Of a DNA stretch of 64,000 bases, positions 24,484 to 36,639 are shown piece after piece; within the stretch, counting starts at the first letter, position 1, and each line of letters opens with the position of its first letter. Made by a program: the position numbers and the translations under genes. The stretch is from Sphaerodactylus townsendi. Lineage: Eukaryota. The stretch spans positions 128,898,001-128,962,000 of the forward strand of contig NC_059427.1 in assembly GCF_021028975.2 (NCBI RefSeq). The letters run 5' to 3'. The notes under the pieces are model-generated. The model was not told where the DNA came from. It made no database searches and was given only the letters and a program-made list of their open reading frames with translations.

Positions 24484-24583
24484 CTTCAGATCTGTAGTCC
24501 CATTCAGAGGTTGTCTGCTGCCGCTTTGGCTTGACAGAACAGCTGAGTGCCACGAAAAACAACAGGGAAAGAATCTGCCTCAT
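24484..24583 (-). CDS. Uncharacterised secreted coiled-coil protein (162 aa), coding exon 1 (signal peptide)
   Basis: Acceptor cttatcatcccacaaag| at 24588, then Kozak gcaccATG. Encodes MRQILSLLFFVALSCSVKPKRQQTTSEWDYRSE. Donor G|GTAATG; 100 nt, phase 1. Confidence 0.85.
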
Positions 24584-26023
24584 GGTGCCTTTGTGGGATG
24601 ATAAGAAAGCCATTTATGAGTTTCCCCCTCCCCCTGTACTCTTCCCACAGCATAGCAGAAAGGGCAGTTTCTTGCGCCTCAACCCCCCCCCCCCCCATCC
24701 CTTGGCAGCTCCAAACAGCACTCCTTCAACTGAGAAGCTGAAGGATATCAACTTCATATCACAATGGAATTAGACAAGGGGGAGGGGGGGGAACTCTCTA
24801 GAGAAAGAGGGGTTGTGCAATCCCAGCCGTAGCTCTTGCAGTATTTCATTCTGAAGTGTTTATCCATGGGACAAATCCGAGCAAGTCTTTGCCTGTTATG
24901 CTGTTTGGTACAGTGGTCTGAACTACTTGCGAGGGAACCTGGATCCTGTACATTAATACAAGATTCCCTTCAGATTACCTCCTCGTCTCCATTGATACAA
25001 ATATTCAGAATTTACCCACATAAAGGTATTAACATTTTGATGGGGTGGTTTGCATTTGACCCAGCCCGTGAAGCATTCACAGCTACAAAGGCAGGAAACA
25101 TAGAACATATCAATTCTTGTATCTATAAACTGGCAATTACAGCTCAACAAACAAAAGGAGACCAGCCAGATGTACAGCCCAGATGTGCCAAAACCAGGCT
25201 GGTCTAAGCTTATGGGTATCTGCCTTTGTTAGTCTGCAGCTGAAAGATCAACCCCAGCTTCAAAATATACACTGAAATCACTTGTGCATCCTTAATTCTG
25301 CTTGCACCGGGTACTTCAACCAGAATGTGGCCCATTTGTACCATGCTTTTGAAGTTAAGAGTGACCCACCATCATTTTTGAACGTATGAAACAGAACTGT
25401 CATTCCTCACGGTAGGAGACATTCGTCTCTGTGCAGCAGTCAGCTCTATTCTTGCCTATAATCTCATACTAATGGTACCGATGAGGGGATAAACAGAGCT
25501 AATTCTACATTTGCCTCCACGATCTCATGACTCAGGGACCTGTGCACATCCCTGATCCAAGCTTTGTGAGTTCTCCATCTTACAGACATCAGGTTGGATC
25601 TTGCAGATCCATTCCTCCCATGTCAAGGAGACTTTCCACTGAAGTAGGACTGCCAGAAAAGTCTTTGTCAGGGGAAGGTTCCTTGAACCAGGAGAAAGCA
25701 CTGCTGTAAGTGGGATGGATCTGTGGAAATCAACATCACCTCAGAACTACAGGAGAAACAAGAACCTAGGGGCTCCAATAACACACAGAAGACACACTTC
25801 AAGATGATCCATTTTTTAAAAAAAAGGAAGTGCAAATTTGTCAATGGAATCCCTGCAAAACCTGTATAACAAACAGGACCTCACAAACATTGCAGAACTT
25901 TGGAAATGAGTTCTTCTGCACCCAAGCCTATTCAAATGTCAACAGTTTTTTAGAACATCATTTGGAGACTGCAAAAAAGAGGGGTTATTCAAAAGAATGA
26001 AGCCCAAAACATTGTTTTCCTAC

Positions 26024-26125
26024 CTGCTGAGTAGAAATCCTGGGGAGGCAAGATGGATCAGTTCTTTCAAGTCGGCTTTTCTCCCCTCTCTGGCCAGGAT
26101 TGGCTTCTCTTCTGCACCTTATAAC
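26024..26125 (-). promoter_or_regulatory. Putative TATA box and non-coding first exon of the secreted-protein gene
   Basis: Minus-strand TATAA at 26123-26119, then an ATG-free stretch ending at donor CAG|GTAGGA (26024/26023), upstream of the acceptor at 24588. Confidence 0.5.
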
Positions 26126-29100
26126 ATGCTGCTCTGGAATTCGGCCAAACCACACAGCAGCCTTCTAATTGCAAACAGATCCGTTTGGCCTGCAGAGAGG
26201 TCTCCAAACTGTGACTTGTATGGCTCTTTAGGGAAAACAAACCCACCCCCCCTTTTTAAAAAAAGGATGTCTGCAGGACAGCAAGGCAGAATAACTCTTC
26301 AGGTTGCAGGCACTTGGGCGAAGAAAAGGGTCCTCTTCCCTTTGGCTCACAAAAGAGCTTTGCAATCCAATCCAACTTGCATAACTTGGGGCAGAATCAC
26401 ACCCCCCCCCACCCCGAAGTCATTGTTATTTTAAGGCTAAAGGGGGAAAGTGTTTTCCTTTGGAGAGGAGATTTAGTAGGGGAGAAGAAGCTCTGATTTT
26501 CCTGGGATGCTTGCCTTGTGGAGATGCGGAACCCCACCCCAGTTTCCACATAAAGGGTTTCCTCAAGACCTACAAGTTGGTTTGATGTGCAAAATTTCTT
26601 TTTGCCAACCCTTGGTCATTCAAGTGGCAGGCCAAGGACTAGCAGGATCAATATGATTGGTACAAGACCCACATACTAGCCGGACTCTTCCTTGCAGCCT
26701 TTGCCCACCAGTGCTAAATCAATGGTAGAGAAACTGGGCAAGACTTTTAAGCACAGTAAAAGTTTTAATCTCAGACTAAGTTCCAAAAATAGGCAAATAG
26801 CAGCAAACATGAAATATGAATTTAAAAGAAAATATATATTGGTTTGTAACTTGCTGGGGCTTTCAAAGGCACGCATGGGGCAGACAGAGGAGTGGCTTGG
26901 TTTTGATTTTGTGGCATGCGAATGGACACGATCTACCAATACTTTACTGTTCTGCTATACTTGATCTTAGCCAAAAGACCAAGAAGTAACTATCCAATGC
27001 CATCTTTATCCCAAGTTCCACTCCACTCCCAAAATCTATTTTCTCTGAAGCTGCATATTTTAGATCCTAATGGCCAATACTGGGTTGCCGGTTTCCCTCA
27101 GAGGAAGGAATTGCGTAATCTGTTCTTCATGCCATTTCATTCCTGGCCAAGTGGCAGTTCCACAATAGCTAGGCCTTGCCGACCTCACCAGTTTTGCCTA
27201 TCTAAGCTCAAGCTTTATAAAACTTTTAATTAAGGATCTTGTAATACGTTGTCCAAGAAAGTAAGTTCTGAATACCGGTAAACCACATCCCTGACTGGGC
27301 TTGGCAATGGATTTTACAGATAAAAAGGTTGATGTAAGATTTCCCTCAAAGACAGTCCACACAGCTAGGAAATCATCTCTCACACACATAAGGACTTGGT
27401 ATGAAAACCTCCATGTTGTAAGGGCGCCAAAGTTTCATAGGAACCTTCAAGGTGTCTGCTTATGGAATTCTCTCCACTTCAGCATCATCTTAGTGTGGTT
27501 TCCAAAGCCATAACAAGCTGCATCAAACTCCACTTAATTACTGGTGCAGTTTTAAGGAGTTTTTAGCTATTCCCTGAACAGCACAATTCACAGAGAAGCT
27601 AAATTTATCAGTGTCAGTGCACCAGCTGTGGTCTTTAGGAAGCCATTAGTTGGCTATCTCATCACCCACTCGGCAACAACTGGAGTCTGGGTCTTTTCCA
27701 ACATGGCACCCATGGAATGGACTCCATGAAGAGGTGAAGGAAGCCCTCAGGAGCTGCTGCAAGGCTTGCTTATTTGCCAGGACTGGGGGGGGGGGGTCGA
27801 ATTGGCAGGTATCATTTAAGAGGGGGGAAAAAGATCTGGGCTTTGTTATTTCATTTTGGTTTTAACTGGAAATGTATTTTAACTATTATCACAAGCTGCC
27901 TGGACCCTGGAGAAAAAGCACAGTATAAATGCTTTAATAAACAATTAATACATTTATGCACTTGATTTAAAATAACCACTAATCCGGCTCGCAACCAGCA
28001 GTTTTAAGCCTAAACTTCTTCAGTCTATTTTGTTCCTTGTCATTTCTACTCTCAAATTATACTGCAAAATCACAGTCTGCCTATTTTGCAGGCTTGTGCA
28101 GATGGCAAGAAGGAAGGCAGCATGACATAGCCTAATGTCATCAGATCTCGGAAGCTACAACAGGACTAGCACTTCGATGAGGGACCACCAAGGAAGACCC
28201 TGCAGAGGGAGGCAATGACGAAACACCTCTACCCTCCACTTCCCTTGAAAGCGCCTTGCTTTAAGTCGGTTGTGGCGTGATAGCACATATGCATGTATGT
28301 ATGGCAGATTATAAAACTAGATCACATTGTTTCGTCCCTTTGTCATACGGCTCTTTATATCTGAAAATCACCATCACCAGAAGGCACAGTGGCAAGACGC
28401 CATTATTTTTAAATTGAAATACAAGAAGTGTCAAGCGACAGTTTGCTTTTGATCGAAGTACCCAAACTGAAAGGGTCCCAAAGTGTGCACATGCCATCCT
28501 ACGCGGTTTAGGAAACACAATTTAGTCAGCCAGCTTTCACAACTGTGCAAATATTATTTTAAATCGTTCAGCCAAAGTTGTGATGCTTTCCTGGCCTGTA
28601 CCATTTCAGGTTACCCACTACCAGTTGCACATGGTCACCAATGGGGAGAAACTCCCACCAGGTATAAAATTTATGTCAGAAAGCTACACTGAACCCATCT
28701 CCTGTGCATGCCAGTTTTATGTGCACGGGGAGATTTGCTTTAAAATGGCATGCTAATATGTAATTCTTTCCCGGCTGTAACAAGAAGTGAAACTGGCCAA
28801 GAAAAGGGCCATGACTTGATTACGTGGTACATATAAACAGATTATGTGAGGAAACAGTATTCCTCCTTGCTTGTCAATGCTACAGAGCCAAATAAATTGA
28901 TGTAGAACAGATTACTTCAATGTTTCCTTTGAAAAGCTGTCTTGATCTATTTTACAGTTCGCAGATTGAACCCTGAAAAACATATGGCTGAAATATGAGG
29001 GATGCAAGAGAGAACAACAAAAAATCTTTCCTGTCCCACATTCAGCATTAGCATAAAGGTAGTTATATATGAAACCCGATATGAATGACTGGTCCACCTT

Positions 29101-29517
29101 CTGTTATCAGAATTACCCCATTTGGCACAATTAGCAGGAACGTAGAGGAAGAGGAGAGCAACACCTGGATTTTCTGTTTCAAACCCCAAGTGGCCACTGG
29201 TAGGAGGCATTCTTTCCCGTCTTGCTGGTGGCTGGAAATGTCTTGAGACCAAGCAAATGGGATAGAGCAGGATAGAAAGTACAATAGCCAAATTCACATA
29301 TCCTCTGGATACCTAATGTGTCATAAGCTGCAACACTGATGAATGTGAGTTTTATATTAACAAGCAATTCCTATTACACTTCATAATGTTTTATTTCCAC
29401 TTTGCTGCACAGGCAGTTAAATCCAAGACTATCTTGGCTTGCAAAGAAACCTTGTAAGGGGTCACTCTTCCATAAAAGCACCAAGCGGCAGGATACTACT
29501 ACAGTGAGCTCCCCAGC

Positions 29518-30020
29518 AACATAAGAACATAACATAAGAACATAAGAGACTGCTGCATCAGGCCAGAGTCCATCTTGTCCAGAACTCTGCTACTCGCAGT
29601 GGCCCACCAGGTGCCTTTGGGAGCTCACATGCAGGTTGTGAAAGCAATGGCCTTCTGCTACTGCTGCTGTTCCCGAGTACCCGGTCTGCTAAGGCATTTG
29701 CAATCTCAGATCAAGGAGGATCAAGATTGGTAGCCATAGAGCAACTTCTCCTCCATAAATCTGTCCAAGCCCTTTTAAAAACTATCCAGGTTAGTGGCCA
29801 TCACCACCTCCTGTGGCAGCATACTCCAAACACCAGAAATGTTTCCTTTTATTAGTCCTAATTCTTCTCACCAGCATTTTCAGTGTATGCCCCGATTTTA
29901 GTATTGTGAGAAAGAGAAAAATTTCTCTCCGTCAACATTTTCAACCCCATGCATAATTTTATAGACTTCAATCATATCCCCCCTCAGACGTCTCCTCTCC
30001 AAACTAAAGAGTCCCAAACA
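29518..30020 (-). mobile_element. CR1 LINE 3' fragment
   Basis: (aacataag)n tail; reverse strand reads the CR1 ORF2 end (LFSLERRRLRGDMIEVYKIMHG). Confidence 0.85.
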
Positions 30021-30369
30021 GTTCAACTATAGCAGCTTCTCACACACAGCCATGGCCTGAGTAAAGCCTGTTTCCCTCAGTTGGGAAATGGGATATCAAA
30101 CCCTGTTTTGAGATTACCAGTTCTTTCTCTGGGCAAAACTTCATCTTGAGCTAAAGATGCTGCTGTGGAGCAGGGGATCACACAGTTTGCTCCCATTCTG
30201 CACCTGGTAACACGATACAACAAGAATGTAAAGAGTATGTACTGGGGTTTCAGGTGCAGAAGGTGACTCAGGAGAACCCCACCAAATGCAGTGCTCTTAG
30301 TTTTAAGGAGATGCAAAACTCAGTTGGGGATACCCAAAGGACCTGCAAGTTCAATATGGATGACACAGG

Positions 30370-30420
30370 GGAAATAATAATAAAAAAGAGCAGGAGGCTT
30401 CCATTTCAAATGCTTTTAAT
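30370..30420 (-). terminator. Candidate NPLOC4 poly(A) site
   Basis: ATTAAA (30420-30415) followed on the minus strand by a U-rich element (ctcttttttattattattt), about 1.8 kb after the stop. Further candidate signals: AATAAA at 29395-29390 and ATTAAA at about 27229. Confidence 0.4.
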
Positions 30421-32210
30421 AGAGGTTTGTTTTTTTTTTTAATTTGCAGGGCTGTTATTCCGTTAACTCCGGTCCAAACCAAACATATACCTCTGCAACC
30501 CATAGAACGAAGAGAATAGCAAGAGCAGCTACGGCTCAGTGAGCTCAGGAAATCTAATCAAACGCAAACCCAGGAAAGGAGAAAGAGTCACATACCCTGT
30601 CAGCATTAGAAAGAGGCCAGATGACCAATCACTTGATTGAAACCCTTGAAGGACAAAGCCCCAAATACTTCCACCACGGAAGGCAGAGGCCGCGTGAGTT
30701 ATGGCAGCGGTCTGTGAGCCAGGTCTGCAAGCCCATAATGAAAACAGGTAGCTGGGGTAGAGGCACATTTTTTTTTCCTTTTTGCTGCGCTGAGAACCTG
30801 AAAAGATAAAACTCGCCAAGACTGAAAGGCTCTCCATCCAACTGATAGAACAAATGCCTTGTTTCCCTGTGATGAAGTGGATGGATGTGGCCGAGTGATA
30901 ACAGGCCAGTTGTGCAGAAAATATTGCTGCAGACAGAACTGAACAGTGCCCCTAACAGATAATAGTATTGGCAGGAATGCTGAGAATTCTGGATCAGGGA
31001 AAACCTTCCTGTGCACAACTGGGAACAGGGAAAGTTTGTGCACAGAGGAAATGGGGAATTGGAGGGCTCTGTTGATGTGGTTATGGAAACAGCTGGCAGA
31101 CTAGTGCTCTTGAGACAAAGAGAACCTCAGCTTCCTGAGAATGTAATGTGGAGTGGACAGAGCTCCTTCCAAGATGCCAACAGATGCCCAATTTAAACTT
31201 TGTCCTGCTGGGACGCTATTCAAGTCAACAGCAGGCATGAGGAAGGAACTTGCAAGTTTTCCTGCTCACAGCTATAAGGACCAAGGAACAGTTTTAAATG
31301 CAAAGGGATGCACAAAGATCACTGCTTGTGAACTGTTGCCTGCCCAACTCTGACACAGCCAGGATATTATTGCCAAGATGATGTCTACTTCCTGAGCAGG
31401 AAGCCAACTGGCCCCAATGCCAGATTTGGCAAGGAATGACCCTCTGAGGGAGGAACAGCTGTTGGCTGATCTATTTCACTTGCTGTCATCGTGGTAGGAG
31501 CTGGACGAGAACCGGGTCGGCAGGCAAGCAGAGAGACCATGACCAAGCTGAGAAGGCCGTTTCCTCCGTTCTCTGGTGCCAAGGTGCTTTGGGGCTTAGA
31601 TTAGAGCTCTGAGCTGCTATATGTTCTGCCACCACTAAATTCGGAAGCTCTAATTAAGAGGGCAGGCTGAAATGAATCAGGCACCAGTGACCCAGCGACT
31701 CTGAGGCTGAACGCAAAGCATGTTAAGAGAGCGATGTTAGGCAAGCTAGCCCTGGGAGACCAAGCCGTCCCTTACAACACTGTTGCCTAGCCTCGCTCAC
31801 TGGCTTAAGGCTGGGAAAAGCTTGTGGCATGCAAGCTAACAGGGGGAGGGGGTCGCGACCCCTCGCTGCCATGCGCCTGCAGAGCTGGTGAGCCATTCGT
31901 GCGAATGCAGCTCAAGGGGGAACACGGCCTCTGGCTTTCTACAATACTGAGAGCAAAGAAAAGACAAGGCAGCAGCACAGGTAGAGGGGCTATGTTATGT
32001 TCCCCCACCAAGACATCCAGTTCCAACGGCAAGCGACAACCCTTTGAATGGCACTGTGTGCCTGTGGTAAGGGTCAGATCCCCCCTGCCTCGCCCCTCAC
32101 CGCGCAACATCCCAGGAGGAAGTACAATCCTGCCTGGCTAGGGGTTTGCCTCTGTATTTCTCTGCCAGTTGGTCTGTAATGGCCGCCCTGAATGCCAAGC
32201 CAGACGAGGC

Positions 32211-32368
32211 TTAGCTGCGTGGGAGGCTGCACATCTCACAATGATCTGTGCCTGGCTGGTTCATGAAGGTGCAGTGCTGGCAGGCCCACATGGAAGAGGT
32301 TGCGGCATGTGTCGAGCTACCCATGGCGCCATATTCTTGGAGTCCTGGCAGCTGAACGCCAACAGTGC
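32211..32368 (-). CDS. NPLOC4: NPLOC4 last coding exon (RanBP2-type NZF zinc finger, stop)
   Basis: TVGVQLPGLQEYGAMGSSTHAATSSMWACQHCTFMNQPGTDHCEMCSLPRS*; carries the W-x-C-x2-C-T-F-x-N-x6-C-x2-C motif. Confidence 0.97.
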
Positions 32369-33086
32369 CTGCAAAAAATCACACAAAGCAGAGAGGAGAA
32401 GGTTAAAAAGACAACAGCAGATTCGACAAGCAGGGGATTCTCATGCGGGATCACTGCAGAATGTCTCTGTAGGGCCTTCCCCACCTATCAGGGACTTCAG
32501 GGCCTTCTCCACCTATCAGGGAAAATCTCCTTCCTTTGCAAAGTCTCTGCACAGCTGTGTGAATCCCCCCAAATGTAGTCACTATTATCATTCATGGAGT
32601 ATCTTCACTTGATTGTCTGCTCTAGATCAGCCCATTTAGACCTACTTGAATCAACGCAACAAGAGTGCTTCAGAATTTTTTTTAAAAATCTGTTCTGAGG
32701 AAAATGTCCATTGCATATGTTAGTATGTTACAGCCAAAAGAAAAGGAATCTTGTGTCACCTTAAAGCTTAACAGTGTTATGGTCTCATAAGCTGTCATGG
32801 GCTAAAGAGCTGACTACAGCAAGGTCAGCCCCCCCCCGCCCCCCCCGCCTGCTTCCAGCCCACAAAAACATCTGTTACATCAGATGTCAAGGTGCTAAAA
32901 GCCCTCTTTTGTAGTAGAAAAGTATACTAGTTTTCCCCCACATAATCTATTCCAAGTCATCAAAGGAGGTTAGAATCCATCTCCAACACTGGGCTACCTC
33001 ATATGAAAAAATTAAAGCTCTCTAGCCTTTCTGCAGCAAAATGGTTAAATTTCAGTGTCAAAAAAGGGTGCAAACACAAGACATAC

Positions 33087-33189
33087 TGCAAAGCTGTTCA
33101 ATGGTGGCCCACTGCTCCGATTTTTTCCAAGTCTGTGCCAGCTCCTCATTCCGGGTCCTTACTGCTTCCAGTAACAAGCTGATGCTATC
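33087..33189 (-). CDS. NPLOC4: NPLOC4 penultimate exon
   Basis: DSISLLLEAVRTRNEELAQTWKKSEQWATIEQLC(S); ctttcag / GTATGT; 103 nt. Confidence 0.96.
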
Positions 33190-33644
33190 CTGAAAGAAGA
33201 TAATATTAATTATGGTGTGATCTGTTTATGATGTGAGAGGCAGCGGGCCGCACTCTGGAAAAATCCCTTTGTTCCAAAGCTGTTCTGCTACATACTGAGT
33301 TGGTAATAACAGTTCCCAGCCTTTTCACCTGGCTCTGCTCTATACCCCACACTGTCCCATTCTGTTTTTAAAACCAAGATGGAAATGCCCTGCACTTCAG
33401 TTTCCACTCTCAAATTCAGCATCATGTTATATGTCCATGAAGTGCATTCCATCTCCCTGCTTGCTAAAAGAGTCAGTAACCCAACAAAACAAGACAACAG
33501 TGAGTTGTATCCACCTACTGTTTCCAACAGTGAAATAATGTGAAGTGCTATGATGGCTGCATGAACGACTCTCCACCCAGCTGCCTCAAAGGACAGATGG
33601 CCAGAGCCCAGCCCCATGAACATCATCAGTATTTATGTCTGTGT

Positions 33645-33929
33645 AGAAGAAGAAGAGTTTGGATTTATATCCCACCTTTCAGGAGACTCAAGGTGGCCTA
33701 CAAGCTCCTTTTCCTTCCCCTCCCCATAACAGACACCATGTGATGTAGGTGGGGCTGAGAGAGTTCTGAGCCCATTGAGCCCAAGGTCACCCAACAGGAA
33801 TGCAGGAGTGTGGAAACACATCTGGTTCACCAGATAAGCCTCTGCCACTCAGGTGGAGGAGTGGGGAATCAAACCCGGTTCTCCAGATTACAATCCACCT
33901 GCTCTTAACCACAACACCTCGCTGGCTCT
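33645..33929 (-). mobile_element. tRNA-derived squamate SINE
   Basis: Reverse head gtgtt/agtggttaagagc...ctggagaaccgggtttgattcccc and (TCT)n tail; another copy at about 62873-63142 (+), fragment at about 18740-18925. Confidence 0.8.
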
Positions 33930-34239
33930 AGAGGATGGGTAGCATGTATTTCTTCAAATAGTCAAAACAAGCACGATAACTGTGGACAGGAGTGAATAGC
34001 TGGCAGCAGCTAGGAAGCTGCAATTGTACCCTCCCAGCTCATTCACTTGTCTGTAATGGTTACTATTCACTTATTTGTAATTTTTATTTCCCACAAAGAA
34101 GGGGCAAAATAGCCAAGATACAAAAAAAAATGACTTTGCCAAAGGCAGCAACTTGTACTCCAAACAGCAGAGGGTGCTAGAGGTTAGTTCTACTGAATGG
34201 AAACCTGCAGACAGTTTACTCCTGGGCCCCCGAATGCAT

Positions 34240-34871
34240 TTGTTACAAGGGCCGGATATGACATAAATGTGACTTGGTCGGGCCAGGGCTGGTGGGGGGG
34301 GGGGGGAATGTGGTTACCTTGGCTGTGAAGCCCACAGCAGGCTCACCAGCCCACATCAGCACTGACAGTGATGGTCAGCACTGGGGGGTGTGTGTGTGTG
34401 CCTCAATGGGTGAGCCCCCAGCAGCCTCACCAGCCTAGATCAGCATGGGGGAGAATGTGTGTGGCTGCCTCACCTGGTGAGACTGCATTAGGGGTGGGAT
34501 GGCGACCATAGCTGGAGGGTCATCTTGGCTGGCAAGTCCACAGTGGGCTCACCAGTCCAGAATGGCACTAGGTGAGGTAGCTGGCACTGGGAGGGGTGGC
34601 TGCCTGCAGGTTCACCAGCCCAGATTGGCACAGGAGGGTGGCTCGCCAGGACAGATTGGGAGTGGGGAGGGTGCTTAGACTGGTTAGACCACAAAGGACT
34701 TGCCAGGCCAGATCAGGAACAGGATGAGGTAGATGCCTTGACTAGCCAGCCCACAGTTGGCTTGCCAATCCAGATCAAGAACAAAGGGGGGCTGCCTCAG
34801 CTGGCTCACAGGGCTGATAAGCTCTGTTAAGGGGCCAGCTCCAGCTCCCTGGCCACACGTTTGACACCCCT
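34240..34871. mobile_element. Truncated hAT-like element with internal ~60-bp tandem units
   Basis: Right TIR gtttgacacccctg and repeated ggctcaccagcc(c)agatcagca units. Confidence 0.55.
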
Positions 34872-35784
34872 GGTCTACTCTATCCCACAGATCTGGGGTA
34901 TATACATGCATGTGACCACCCATCTTTTACCCTCAGAAGATATAAGACATAAAAATGGGAAATGCATGACCTTTCTCTTAGTTTCATAACCTGTTCTTTT
35001 ACTCTACTCTCTCCCTTGCCCACACACAAACTTAAACTGGGGGAGGGGAGAGAGAGAGAGAGAGAAATGGTAAGCCAAAATAAGCAACAGGGCAATAAAT
35101 AGCTAATTTGATTGGCCCTGATCTCCAGTTGTCCACTAGCCGCCCAGCTGTTCAGCACATGCTTGGTGTGTTCCATTTTTTGCAAGCTTCTGGAAAACAT
35201 ATGGCCTGAGCTTCTTTTGCTTGCTTTTTTTAAACTGGGAAAAATACTGATGTTATAATCAGAGCCTCGTGTGCAGCCAGACTCTAGCTGCCAGGCCTAT
35301 AAAAATGGGTGGGAGCATGGGCGACGATGCAAATACAAGAAGCCTTAGTAAGGCTGGGTGACTGATACCGCAGTCATTTATTACACCAATTTCTGATTCA
35401 GAGGAGTTTAAAACATTTCCAGTTGTTGAGGCAGCACTCAAGGTGGCTCCAGCTACTTTGAGAACATCCTGATGCAAACGCTACACTCACTGCTCCAAAC
35501 TATGCAAAAGCTGTGCCTGCCAAACCTCAACCCCATTGAGCATCTCCACTATCAATCTTGAAGATTGAAGAACTTCAAAAGCAAGGCAACCTCTGATGTC
35601 TGAGGCAGGGCTTTTGTCAAACAAACTGAAATTAGGTATGGACTGAAACACAAATAGCCACCCCACCAAGCAGGCAGGATGCTCTGGTTGGAGACCGGAG
35701 AACAATTCGGCACCTTTCTGTACAAAGCCCTTCTTGCAAGTTCTCCTAACAGCCTCCAGAATAGCTTTCTTTGCATATACATAC

Positions 35785-35901
35785 CCTTAAAGGCATGACT
35801 TCGTTGGTGACCAAGAAGAGGAGCAGATGGAAATCGGAGATTATGTCAAGGAACACAGATGAGGTGTTCTGGGATAAATATGTAGCCAGACTGTGAAAGT
35901 C
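35785..35901 (-). CDS. NPLOC4: NPLOC4 internal exon
   Basis: DFHSLATYLSQNTSSVFLDIISDFHLLLFLVTNEVMPLR; tttacag / GTATGT; 117 nt. Confidence 0.96.
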
Positions 35902-36639
35902 CTGTAAAGATTGTAAACAGGATAAATTGCTAACTATTATTATTTTATTTAAATAAAGCAAACCAGGCAAATTCTGTCATAAAGTTTACCACTGTAAGAA
36001 TTTTAACAGAAGAATTTTTCCTATAAATTTATACAAAAGTCCCACAATCACATAAACTACTATCAACTGGCTAATTTCAAATATTTGGCTATCCTTCCAA
36101 ACATGCATTAGCCGATCAGAGATAGACAAAATGGACTTAGATTGCCAGTGAGCAGCTATACATAAACCATTTTTCTAAAGGATCAACATTATTTTCCAAA
36201 AAAGCAGTACCCCAAAAATAGGAACTTTAAGAAATTTAGGAATGATATATTCTTTCCAATCCAAAATCTATCTTAAGATTGCCTGCCTGAATGCAGGGTC
36301 ATAACCAAAAATAAGAAGTATTATCTACTGGGAATTCCATCTCTACCATATATTCAGAAGCATATGTAGTAAAGTATCAAGGTGATATGATCTTGAAGAC
36401 ATTCTCCTTTGGACTGGATGAAATAAAACTAAATGGGACATTTACCCAAAGTCAGTTCCACACATTGAATACAATGATTAATAATACAATTTAATATGAA
36501 TGTTAATAACAACATTTAACAACATGTAAAATTGTTCCAGTTTTCAATTAAATGTACATGAGTTTTCTTTCTCTAAAAGGAGAGCATAAAAACTGTCATA
36601 TTATCTTTGGCAACACAACATTACTTTACAAGGTGTGTA

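Noticed and set aside
24836-25207. Plus-strand 123-aa ORF with a signal-peptide-like start
   Set aside because: Antisense within the first intron of the orphan gene, non-ATG start, no splice or homology support.
24950-25240. Alternative upstream coding exons for the orphan gene
   Set aside because: Several weak AG/GT pairs were tested, but the in-exon gcaccATG at 24583 already gives a clean signal peptide.
25584-25746. Possible extra 5' UTR exon (tcctgtag| ... |GTAAGA) that would create a uORF overlapping the orphan start codon
   Set aside because: The splice-like motifs could be chance, and the gene model is complete without it.
32169-32612. Plus-strand 147-aa ORF
   Set aside because: Antisense shadow of the NPLOC4 last exon.
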